This document shows, piece by piece, positions 24,314-36,239 of a stretch of DNA of 64,000 bases; the first letter of the stretch is position 1, and each line of letters begins with the position of its first letter. This DNA is from Vicugna vicugna. Lineage: Eukaryota. Position numbers and translations under genes: made by a program. The notes under the pieces are model-generated. The model was given only the letters and a program-made list of their open reading frames with translations, made no database searches and had not been told where the DNA came from. The stretch is taken from assembly GCA_013265495.1 (NCBI GenBank), contig MU057584.1, forward strand, positions 62,001 to 126,000, in the 5' to 3' direction.

Positions 24314-27077
24314 TGACAGATGTGGCAAAATCCACAGCCACTAGAGTGTCAGCTCCATAGGGGCAGAGGGTTTGTTTACTGCTGTGTGACATGACTCGGA
24401 ACCAGTGCCTGATGTACAAGGTGCCCAGAAATTGTCCAGCATGAAGGAGAGGAAAGCTATTACAAGGAAGACAAACAGTTGAACATCTCAGTGAGCTCAG
24501 CCCCAATTAGTCCAAGTAAATTGTCCTGGGAGAAAGATTCCTGGAAGAAGCCTTCAAAGTAAATTCAAGGAAATGATCATTTAGTAAAAATAAGTCAAAT
24601 CGAACAGTCTGCAATTTGAATATTAGATTTTTGCCGCTGGCTCCTGTCCTCAGCCTCACCTTTCAAACAGTAAAGGGCTAAAGTATTTAATCTCATCATT
24701 TAAGACTTTCTCTGTACCGGGTACCATCAGTTGTGTCCAGCGTAAGTTTCACTGTTTTTCTTTCCTTGGGTCTTTGGTGACAAGAACAGACTGGAAAAAA
24801 AAAAATGAAAAACTCATTTTTAATTCCATCAAGCTTCATAAGCAAGAGGTGTGCAAAAAAGGGGGAACATATTAGAGCATGCATTTTTTTATTCTTATTT
24901 TTTATTGAAGTGTAAGTGTAGTTGACTTGCAACAGAGCATGCATTTTGGATGTCGAACTAAGCTATTAAGGGCCAGGGCATTTTGGACACCACTACCCCC
25001 TTACTTCTCAGATGCATCAGGAGTTTTCAAGATGGTTAAAATGGTTTTTGCTTGGTTGAACGGTGTACTCAGGTGTCTATTTCCTGGAGGTAGGGGATGG
25101 TTTCCCACAGTTTCTTCTGGACCTCACCTTCCAGGACACTGGAGCCCTAAGTCCCACGCTATCTCAAGTTTCATGGTTCCATTGGAAATCCAGGGCCAGT
25201 ACCAGACCCTGGGGGTGACTACTGGAGGTTACGGTTGTTTCTGTCTATTAGGACGTTTTCAGTTGTGAGAAATGGGAAAGCCAACTCAAACCAGCGAGAC
25301 AAAGAGGAGGCTCACTCCTTTAAAATTCTTGTCAGCAAATCGCCACATCTCAGTTACCTTGGTGTGTCTGTTCACTGCCTTTTCTCTTTCAAGTTCTGAT
25401 TGTTCTGGTCTCCGTATGATGGGTGGGTTTTTTTGGTTTTGGTTTTGGTTTCTGTTTTATTGTATCCTGGATATTTAGGTTGTAAGACTTTGGGTCCCAT
25501 TTAATCTTTTTGAGCAGGAAGTCACCCATTTGGGTGTAGTCGACAGGTCCAAGTGGGGGTGGAAGTTCCTTCCCTCTGGGCCCTTTTAATACAGTGTGTG
25601 TGGCGGAGGTAGGAGGGGTGCATGTGGCAGGTGGGGGTGGGTGGCAGAGAGCCAGCTGCCACCATCTCCTTGCTGCTGGGAGAGGCTGTCCCTGTTCAGC
25701 TGTCCCCAGTCAGCCTCCTGACAGTAGTCTGGTGGGGGGAATTAGAGCGTGGCCTGGGCCAGCCTCATTTCTGTGAGTGGTGGGGGTGAGGTGAGGAGGG
25801 GAATTGAGCCCCACTGACACCGTCTGGCTGGGGAGGGGCAGGCAGACCCAATATTATGGACTCTTCTGTCATACTTGCCTTCTCCTGTTCCAAAAAGGAT
25901 AGTTCAGTCAATTGCAGAGGAGTAAGATTTTCTTTCTTGCTTAAACACCTTGTCCATTTTCAGAATAGACATGTCTCTTATGAAGGGAGCTTAACATCCA
26001 CGGCAGGACACTGCAAGATCCCCATTGTTACCATGTTTAAGCCTCAGTGAGGTAAGTGATACTGTTCCTATCGTAACATGAGGAAGGGTTAAAACCATTG
26101 CCCTAGTTCACACAAGTAGCACAGTTTGAACAGGTCTGCAAAATTCCAGATTTTAATTCTTAATTATGAAAGATTTCCAAAATAGTCAAAAAGAGAAAAC
26201 ACAATGGACCCCCAAATGTTCATCACCCAAATTTAACAGTGATCAAGATTTTGCGACATTTGCTTGATCTATCTCCTTTCCCTCTTTAAAAATTTTTTTG
26301 TTTTTTTTTATTGAATGATTTATTTTATTTATTGTTGAAGTGTAGTCAGTTTACAATGTGGGGTCAATTTCTGGCATATTCTTAGATATGTTCCTTTTCA
26401 TATTCTTTTTCATTATAGGTTACTACAAGATACTGAATATAGTTCCCAGTGCTACACACTAGAAATCTGTTGCTTCCTTTTTCTGCTTTATCTTACATGC
26501 TGAAATAATTTAAAGCAAACCCCTGATCTGTCATTTTACACTTAGCTATTTCAATAAGCATCTCTTAAATATGGACTGTTTGTTACAAAACCGGAGAGCC
26601 ATTATCAGACCTAACACACACATTTAACAGTTACATTTCTGTGATTAACAATCACATTTCTATGATTTCTTCAAGTTTCAACTAACAGTTTATTTAGTCT
26701 GTAAGTATAAATTTCTTTTTCTTTTCTTTCTTTCCTTTTTTTTTTTTGGTATTGTCCTAATTTTGGTATCAGAGTAATATTGGCTTCTGTTTTCTGGAAG
26801 AGATTGTGCATAATTGGTACTGATTCTTTAAATGTTTAGTAAAATTCTCCAGTGAAACCATCTGGCCTCAGAGGTTTCTTTTTTGGAAGCTTTTAACTTA
26901 TGGATTAAATTTTTTCTGTAGTTACAGGGCTATTCAGATTATTGCATATTGTGTGAATTTGGGTGGTCTGGTTTTCAAAGAATTGGTCTGCTTAATTTAA
27001 GTTGTTGAATTTACCTGGATAGAGTTGTTCATAGAAATCCTTTATTAAATTTTTATTGGCTGCAACATCTATAATTG

Positions 27078-27207
27078 TTTTATTTTTTAAAAAATTTTGG
27101 TGGGGAGGTAATTAGGTTTGTTTGTTTATGATGGAGGTACTGGGGATTGAACCCAGGACCTTGTGCATGCTGAGCACACACTTTACCACTGAGCTATACC
27201 TTACCCC
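27078..27207 (-). mobile_element. tRNA-derived SINE (Vic-1-like)
   Basis: Antisense A/B boxes; TSD caacatct(a/g)taattgt. Confidence 0.8.
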
Positions 27208-27620
27208 ACAACATCTGTAATTGTATCTCCCATTTTATTCTTGATACTGGGAAGGTTGTGTCCTGGAGGCAGCTTCCAGTGGGGGAAGGGCAAGAGGAAC
27301 ACATTCCAAGGACGAGTCGGGGATGAGGAGCCTCTTAACTGTCCAAGTCCAGCTCATGGGTTAACCAGTGGTCACATCCTTTCAATGACCTCCCCCAGCA
27401 GAGCCCCTCCCCCACCCCCAGCATAGAAAAAAAAAAGCCCCTGCTTTTTACAAGGAGGCCTTCTTCCCTGTAGTGGAGAATGGTATTTAGAAGCCAAAAT
27501 ACGGGTACCAAGTTGCTCATTACTTTAGAGATTCACAGCTCCCACACTCTCTTATGTCCCAGAACTGGAGGGGACATTTGTGTTTATACACACACGTTTA
27601 TATTTTCTATATTTTTTATA

Positions 27621-27850
27621 CAGTTGACCCTTGAACAACACAGGTTTGGACTGCATGAGTCCATTTATATGTGGATTTTTTTCCAATAGTAAATAGTTAA
27701 TACACAATCCACAATTGGTGGCATCCACAGATGCAGAGCATCAGATGTGGAGGAACCTTGGGTATGGAGGGCCAACTGTAAGTTACACTCAGATTTTTAA
27801 CTGAGTGGAGTGTTGGTGCCCCAACCCCCAGGTTGTTCAAGGGCCAACTG
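27621..27850. mobile_element. Tigger2/MER8-like non-autonomous DNA transposon
   Basis: Terminal inverted repeats cagttgacccttgaacaac ... gttgttcaagggccaactg with TA on both sides. Confidence 0.8.
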
Positions 27851-29175
27851 TACGTACTGAAAAGCATATATTGACACCGGTACCACCAATTCTAACCCCA
27901 AACCACAAGTTGCATTCTGTTTTCTCCCTTCCCAGTGAAGAGCTCTTACGCCTAAAGAATTCATTGTGTTGTTTTAAGCCAAGTTTGCACTAATCTCCTA
28001 TAGCCGCCATTAGAAACTAATCTACTCTTCTACTGTCCTTTCTTGATTCCTTGAGAATCCGCCCTGCTCTCCCTGTGCCCCTGGCTCCTCTGTACTTGTC
28101 TTTAGAGCAGTTCCATGCCAAGGTGAAGAGCACAGGCTCTTGAGTCAGAGCTGGGTTCAGGTCCAGCCTCTGCCCCTTGCCAGCTCTGGGACATGGGGAA
28201 TGTAATCTCATTGAACCTCAGCCTTCCTGTCTGTCAAATGGGAGCATCAGTCCTCCTGACCATCACTGTTTATTGAGAACTTATCTAATATGCCAGGCTC
28301 TGAACCACAGCCTTAGATAAATAAGCTCACAAAATCTCCAAAACCACTCTACAGCTTGGGTTCTGTCACCAATGCTGAAGCATTGTTAAACGATACAGAG
28401 ACTCACCATGTTTTTTTAACAGGACTAATTAAGAAACGTCAAAGGTTCACAAGTCCATGAACCTGGAAGCAGGATGTGCTGTTGAGCCGTTTCTGGCTTC
28501 AGGACGAAAATTCAGCAGCAATGATTCCTTTTTATAAAACACACACGAACGTCAAAAAATTACTAGGCAACAAAGAAGTAAAGCTGCCAGCCAGAATTTC
28601 ACACTTTTCAGAGATAACAGTATGACGATGGGGTGTCTGACAAGCACGTTGGCAAAGATGGCTTTATGAGGCCGAGTAGCATCTGCTTCTGTGTAGCTGC
28701 CAAGAAGTGGGACTCTCCCCCTAGTAGAGTTTCAACAGCTTGTCAGCCGCCCACGCGTTTAATCCTCTCAACTGTCCTGTGAGGTGGGAACTACTGGAAT
28801 CTTCAAATTGCAGATGACAGTTAACTTAAAGCAAAGTTAATTGACCAGTGAGTGGCATCACGATGATTTTTCACTTGGGCATTTTGGCCCCAGCATGAGA
28901 ATACATGCCACCGCCTCCCCTGCCCGTTTCCCAGGGCAGAGTGGTTGGCCTGGCTGCTCTGTGGAACAGCTGCTGGCATTGTTAACACAGTTGTGTAGCT
29001 GGTGCTCGTCCAAGGCAGACCAGTGACAGCTGGACTCCAGCCCACACTCTGCTCACTAAGCGCAGGGGGCTGTGTCTGCTTGGTGAGAGGGGCACCCTTC
29101 TCTGATTTCCACAAAGATGCCAAACAGGCTAGGGAGTCCCTGCCTTTTTCTCATGACTTCTTTTCCTTCCTCCAG

Positions 29176-29239
29176 TTCTGTCTTCTCGCGTGACTCTGCC
29201 CTTCCCCAGAAAAAGGAGGAGAGGATGACTGAGTTCCAG
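29176..29239 (+). pseudogene. Orphan KRAB-ZNF start-codon exon (MTEFQ), paralogous to ZNF233/ZNF235 exon 2
   Basis: ttccttcctccag|ttctgtcttc...ggagaggATGACTGAGTTCCAG|gtgagttg; 64 bp, the same length as ZNF235 exon 2. I saw no downstream KRAB or finger exon on the + strand. Confidence 0.75.
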
Positions 29240-29559
29240 GTGAGTTGTGTTTTCATCTCTTGTTTGGCAGTGAGTGGCTGTGTCTTTTCTGATTTCTCAG
29301 AGCATGAAAGATAATATCAGGTATTTGGTATCTGTCATATACCAGGCATTTGTTTTTTAGTAGGCAATTTTATTTACGGTTTCTGTCTGTCCTCCGTTTT
29401 ATTTCCCAAGTAATAGTGCAAAAGCAAATGAAAATTTTCTACTTTCCTACTCGCCTTCCAAACCATAGTTTTTGATACTGTATTTAAAATAGTCACTGAT
29501 AACTGTATTTGCAATAATAGGAAAAGTATGATTTTGAATTGTGCTTTCTTCACCTACTT

Positions 29560-31610
29560 TTTATAACAGCCTCATTGAAGTATAATTCACATATTGTACA
29601 ATTCACCCATTTAAAGTGTAGAATTCAATGGGTTTTTTCTTCAAACTTGAAGTATAGTTGATTTACAATGTCACCTTACTTTCTGGTGTACAGCAAAGTG
29701 ATTCAGTTATATATACATATATATATTCTTTTTCATTATATGTTATTACAGGCTATTGAATATAGTTCTCTGTGCTATACAGTAGGACCGTGTTGTTGAT
29801 CTATTTATATATAGTAGTATGTATCTGTTAGCCCCAGATTCCTAATTTATCCTCCCCTCTTACCCCCTGGTAACCATAAGTTTGTTTTCTATGTCTATGA
29901 CTGTTTCTGTTTTGTAAATAAGTTCATTTGTGTCATTTTTTTAGACTCCACGTATAATATCATATGATATTAGTCTTTCTCTGTCTGGCTGACTTCACTT
30001 AGTTTGACAATCTCTAGGTCCATCCGTGTTGCTGCAAATGGCATTATTTCATTCTTTTTTAATGGCCGAGAGTTAGTCCATTATGTAATACGCCACAGCT
30101 TCTTTATCCAGGCATCTGTCAGTGGACGTTTAGGTTGCTTCCATGTCTTGGCTATTGTAAATAGTGCTGCTGTGAACCAATGGTTTCTAATATATTCACA
30201 GATACCAGAGTTACTTTTAGAACATTTTCATTACCTCAAAAAGCAACCCTGTACCCATTAGCTACCACAGCCCCTCCACCCTTCATAAAAATAGAATTGT
30301 ATAATATGTAGTCTTTTCATGACTCGCCTCTTTGATTTGGTGTAGTGGTTTCAAGGTTTATCCATGTTGTGGCTTGTATCTCTACTTCATTTTCCTTTTT
30401 ATGACTGGATAATATTCCATTTATGAATACAGCACATTTTATTTATCTGTTCATCATCTTGGAATATTTACCCCTTCTGGATGTTATGTGTAATGCTACT
30501 GTAAACATCTGTATACAAGTTTTTGTGTGAATGTTGTAATTTCTCTTGGGTATTTCTCTTGGGTAGTGATGGAATTGCTGGGTCATCTGGTAACTCTTGT
30601 TTAAATGTTTGAGGGCCTGCCAGACTGTTTTCCAAAGTGGCTGCACCATTTTACATTCCTGCCAGCAGTATATCAGGGTTCCTCTCCACATTTTTGCCAA
30701 CACTTGTTATTGTTTGATTTTTTTTCCATTCTAGCCAACCTACTGGGTGTGAAGTGGTATCTGTGGTTTTAATGTGCATTTTTCTTAATGACAAATCTGT
30801 TCGCTTTAAAACTGGGTTATTAGACTTGATAGCATTGAGTTGCCAGAGTACTTCAGATGTTCTGGATACTAGTGCCTCATGAGACACATGGTTTGCAGAT
30901 GTTTTCTCCCATTACGTAGGTTGTCTTTTCACCTTCTTAATAGTGTCCTTGGTACAAAATGTTTAATTTTGATGAAAATTTCAAAATTAAAAAAGAAAAA
31001 CAATTTTTTGTTGCTTCTCATGTTCTAAGAATCTGCTCCTAAATCTGAGGTCATACATACTCACCCCTGTTTCCTTTGGAAATATTTCTAGCTTTGACTC
31101 TCACTTTTAGCTCTTGGGGCAATTTTGAGCTAATTTTGTATAAAGTGGGAAGTGTCCAGTTTCTTTCTTTTACGTGTGGCTGTACAGTGGTCCAGCACTA
31201 TTTGTTGAAAAAAATGATTCCCCATTGAATGGTCTTGGCGCCCTTGTTGAAAACCAGTGGAGACTGACACACCACCGTTCTGATGTGTGACTCATCACAC
31301 AGTAGATTTGCCAGTTCTGGTTTTTTGCTGTAGTTGGAAGTGATGTATCTCTATGGTTTTGTTGTTGTTGTCATTTTCTCTGTCTCTTGGGTCTTTTTTT
31401 TCAACATTTTGCCACAATTTTCAAACAGTAACATGGAAAAATCTGTTGGATTGACCCTTTTATCATTGTACAATGTCCTTCTCTGTGTCTGGTAACAATT
31501 TTTGTCTTAAAGTCTGTTTTCTGATATTAGTATGAACACTCCACCTTTCTTTTTGTTGTTGTTTGCATGCTGTCTTTTCCCACCTGTTCACTTTCAGCCT
31601 AGTTGTGTCT
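29560..31610 (-). mobile_element. Nested antisense L1 fragments
   Basis: L1 3' UTR and ORF2 antisense motifs (gccagactgttttccaaagtggctgcaccattttacattcc; ccagcactatttgttgaaaa). Confidence 0.7.
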
Positions 31611-31616
31611 TTGGAG

Positions 31617-32047
31617 TGTGAGAGGAAAATCAAAATGGAGTTAGTGTTGCTAAGAGAGCTGTCTGAAACAGAGCCGGGAGGCCATTAAGGAAGTTGGCTC
31701 ATGCACGTCTCAGCCTCTGACCTTTTTGATCTGATGAAGTTATCTAGGGCATCTGCCAGAAATCCATCCCTGTCCACTTACTGGACCCTTGCTCTAAAAA
31801 ACGAAACAAAACACCACCACACACACACAACTCATGATTCCCAAGGACAAATATTTTCTGCCTCACGTCAGAGTCCATCACAGTTCTTACCCAGCAACTT
31901 TTAACAACCTTCATACCTTTTTGTCTTTTATCAGCCCATGACTCTTTCTTTTCCTTGGAGCACTCTCATGGTTACCTGCATCTGTGTCTCCCAAATTGAT
32001 AAACTCTTGACTTACTTGCAGACTCCTGCGTTATTTTTTGGTTGACA
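31617..32047 (+). mobile_element. Solo ERV LTR
   Basis: TG...CA ends (tgtgagaggaaaatcaaaatggagt ... ttttttggttgaca); imperfect 4-bp TSD ggag/gaag; poly(A)-signal-like gataaa near the 3' end. Confidence 0.55.
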
Positions 32048-33190
32048 GAAGCTCCTGAGGGACAGCTCAGAACTCGGCTTTTCCTTTTAAGCTTTGTGAG
32101 TTCATTGTCTCCCCCAGCTGAACTGCTATCAGGCTGTCGTGATGTTAAAACATTGCATGGGGCGGGCCTTCCAGGGAATCAGCTGATTGGTCCGATAGTA
32201 ATTCTTTTTTCAAAGGAGGCTTAGAAAGAGCTCCAGTCCTGCTCTGCTTCCTGGAGTATGGAAATGCAGACTGTTGCTGAGCAGGGCAGTGGGAGATGGG
32301 ACTGAGCTAAGTTAAAACCATACATCTTGCTGTTCTTACTGAGGTTCAGCTGTTTTTCTTGCCTGAACAGTCCCTAGGTTGCTGCATGCCTGTGGTTAGT
32401 TTCCAGAGTTCTGGGGGGAAAAAAGTCAATTCTATATCTACTAGTTTTTCATTCCTTGTATGTAAGGTGAAGTTTCAGAGGTCCTTACTCTACCATTTTT
32501 GCTCAATGTTCCTGTGTTAGTATTTTCATGGACTTAACATAAAATTGAGATTCGTCAGTATTGTTCCATTCATCAGTTCATTCCTTTTAAATTTCCATTT
32601 CTTAGTATAGTGTGGATATGCATTCATGGTATGGATTTATCACAATTTGTTTATCTGCTGACCAGCTAATGCAGCTTTCAGTTCATTTCCAGCTGTAAGA
32701 ACTTATGAGTAAAGCTGCTATAAACATTGCATACAGTTTGGGGGTGTGTGTTGTCATTTCTTGTGGGTGACTACATAGGAGTGAGGTTGCCGGGCCTTGG
32801 GATGAGTTTTAGTCAAGTTGATAATAAACTGTCAATTTTCCAAAATGCGGTTATATTTTGTGTGAGTTCCACACAAATGAACTAGATATTTTTATTTATC
32901 TATTTATTTTAATTCATAGTAATAGGTGTATACTAGCATCTTAAACTGTGGTTTTAATTTGCCTTTCCCTACTGACCAATGATGTTAAACACGTCCAATG
33001 CTTATTGGCCATTCCTGGGTCTTCTTTTGAAAGTGTCAGTTCAAATATCTTTTTCCACCTAAAAACTTGGATTATGTGTTGTCTTTTCATTAGATTGTCA
33101 GAGCTCCTTATCTATGATTGATGCAAGTCCTTCATCACATTTGTCTTAGATATTTTCTCTCCCTATGTAGCTTAACTTTTAAACTTTGTA

Positions 33191-33278
33191 GGAGGGACGG
33201 TGGTAGCTCAGTGGTAGAACACATGCATGAGGTCCTGGGTTCAGTCCCCCGTGCCTCCATTAACAACAACAATAAAAA
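33191..33278 (+). mobile_element. tRNA-derived SINE (Vic-1-like)
   Basis: gtagctcagtggtagaacacatgcatgaggtcctgggttcagtcccc; TSD aaactttgta. Confidence 0.8.
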
Positions 33279-34059
33279 ACTTTGTAATAGTGTCTTCAGA
33301 AGTTTTTAATTTAATGAGATGGGATTTATCAAGCTTATGGAGTTTTTCTTTAGGTTCATCCTTTCTGCGTCCAATTTCAGAAACCTTTGACTAACCCATG
33401 TTCATGAAGCTTTTCTTCTGTGTTAGAAGTTTTATAGCTCCAGTTTTACATGTAGGTCTATGATACCTTCTGGGTAAACGTGTAATTATGTGCAAAGGGT
33501 TAAGGTTCATGTATTTTAACGTATGGTTGTTCAGTTACTCCAGTAACATTTGTTGAAAAACTACTGTTTCTCTGTTGAATTGCCTTGGAACTTTTGTCAA
33601 AACTTAACTGACAAGATATGTGTGAAGTAGTTCTGGATTGTCTGCTCTGTTCCATTGAGCTATGTGTCTGATTCCATGCTGATACCAACCTGTCTTGACT
33701 GCTGTAGCTTTAGAGTAAGTCATGAAATTAGGTAGCATGAACCTTTCAATTTTGTTCTTCAACATTGTTAGAGGTGTCCTATATCCTATGACTTTTCCAT
33801 ATACATTTTAGAATCAGCTTACCAATATCTACAGGAAAGCCTGATGGGATTTAGATGATGACTGTGTTAAATCTATCGATCAAGCTGGGGAGAATTGACA
33901 TTTTAACAATAATCTGTCTTACCCATGAGAAATGATCTCGATTTACATAGGTCTAGCCTCCTGTAAGTTCTGTCTGAATGATAGATTATAGTGTACAAAT
34001 CATATTCTTCTGTCATAGTCTACCTGCAAGAGGGGGTGACCTCTCATCCCCTGATGGAT

Positions 34060-34350
34060 GCTATGGTGCTGGAGGAGGTCACCCCTCCCCCAGGCCCCTT
34101 GGCTGCCTGGGGACCTCCTTGGGATTAACTGAGTGAACAACAGTGGAGAGGATGGAGTGGGTGAGGGATGCTGCCACCGCCCACGTGATGGAGCTCAGTG
34201 GAATGCCACCGCTTTCCACCCTGTAGCCAGGAAGTCCCTGATAAAGAAGAGGACCCAAGCATCCACACAGCTAGTCACATTTCAGGCAGTCTTCTCATCA
34301 CTGGATGATGCCCTGGCCAACAAATGGTTCCATCTTCACATTGATTATAA
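34060..34350 (+). mobile_element. ERV-L (class III) pol RNase H relic
   Basis: Translates across frameshifts as PLAAWGPPWD*LSEQQ...QWNATAFHPVARKSLIK..STQLVTFQAV..KWFHLHID, resembling the ERV-L pattern WG.PYDQL..WTAAALQP..SQWAELRAV..KWP. Confidence 0.55.
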
Positions 34351-35159
34351 ACCACAGGGCCATTACCTAAAAACTATCATCTAGGATAAACGACTGTGGG
34401 GTCTCTTGCCTCACAGACACACAGAGTATAAATCAAGTCACATATGTCTCTCCACAAACTAAATCCACAACACAAGACCTTGCCGGGACACTCCTTAGCC
34501 TCTTCTGAATTACAGAAATTACTGATAGCATCCAAGGCACACATTTCACTTTCCAAAATACACATTGCTAGTTCTTAGAAGAGGCATTCAGTAGAATTTT
34601 CATGTTGTGATTGGCCCCAGATAGCTTGTTTTATTAAAGAGAGAGAATGGTCACCTCAACAACTCCTTTCCAAATTTCAGTCAAGCAAATGACTCCTAAA
34701 TGGGTCTCTGTCTTGCCCCAGACCTGACTTTATCCTGATTCAGGGCTCTTTGGCTGACTCACACCATTTCACCCTTCCGTTATCCTTTCCTGTATTTAAA
34801 GTGGGTTATGTATGACCTCCATGTAGATAAAGACTCATTATGTATGAGGCCCCTCAATAATCTTTCCCCCCTACCATTAAACATTTTTTTATCTTGCCCC
34901 CATCCCACAAGGGCTGGAAACCAGACTGAAGGTGACTACTCTCCTGGAACCCACTGGAGCCTAAACTTCCACCACCCAGAAAACTTCCCTGAATATTTGG
35001 ATTATAAGGGATGGATAATTAATCTGTACTCTCCCTCTGATCCTCTTCAGGACCACCCAGGACCATCCTCACAGACAGCATGGACATGCAGAAAAGGAGA
35101 CAGAAAACTCTTCTTAGTACATTAAAAAAAGTCACATTAGGGCATCATAAATCCATCAC

Positions 35160-35562
35160 TGTATTAGTTTACTGTTGCTGTCCTGAACAAAATAGCACAA
35201 GCTGGGTGGCTTAAACAACAGAAGAGTATCTCCTCCCAGTTCTGGAGGCTAGAAGTCCAAGATCAAGGTGTTGGCAGGTCTGTTTTCTGCTGAGACCTCT
35301 CCTTGCCTTGCAGATGGCGACCTTGCTGTGTCCTCACCTGGCCTTGTCTTTGTGCGTTTTCCCACCTGGTATCCTTTGCCCAGATCTCCTCTTATAAGGA
35401 TGCCAGTCAGATTGGATTAAGGCCCGCCCCAAAGACTTCATTTTCACTTAATCACCTCTTTAAAGACCTCGTCTCCAAATATGGTCATGTTCTGAGGTAC
35501 CAGATGTTAGGACTTTAACATATGAAATTGGGGGGAAGGTGGACACAGTTTGGCCCATAGCA
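35160..35562 (-). mobile_element. MLT1A-type MaLR LTR
   Basis: tgtattagtt..ctgggtggcttaaacaacag..agttctggaggctagaagtccaagatcaaggtg..gtctccaaatatggtcatgttctgaggtac. Confidence 0.75.
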
Positions 35563-36239
35563 ACTTCATACCCCATAATGATGAAGCCAGACAACCCCTC
35601 CTTGGTGATAACGGGTGCCAAGGAAGCTCAAACCATGTGACTGAGCCTACCAAATGCAGCTGCGCACCGTCCTGGTGACTGTTGGTCTGGTTATCACGGG
35701 TCCGGCTGCTGTCATTGGTTTGTAACCTGGATGGCCAAGCCCTCCAAGGAAGCTACTGATTCAACCAGAGTTGGCGAATGCTGCGGCTTGCATGCCATCA
35801 GGTTTGGCTAATACAAGCCCTGTGATCCAAAGACTTTGCCAGCTTGCCTATCACCAACCAGTCCTTTACTCTAGAGGTAAGGGGACCACAGTAATGGGTC
35901 AAATTAAATGGCCTCCCTACAGGCTCAAGCTGGATATTTCCACTGGCAAACAGTCTGACACCCTATTAACAACATGCACCCAAATCAGGCCATGTGACCT
36001 AAAACCCATGTGCAGCTGAACTCCTTCCCCTGGTCACACACAGACACCACTGATCCTTACATATACTTCCCCAAACTCTCAGCACATATCCTGCAAGAAC
36101 ATAATTGCCAGACCTGCCACTACCTTGACCTGAAAAATAACACCAAGATGTCATTGTATTTTTTCAATGGCAAACTTCTCCTGATCTGTTGGCCTTACTC
36201 TGCTTCAACTTTCCTATGAACACACTGTATTTTAAACCA

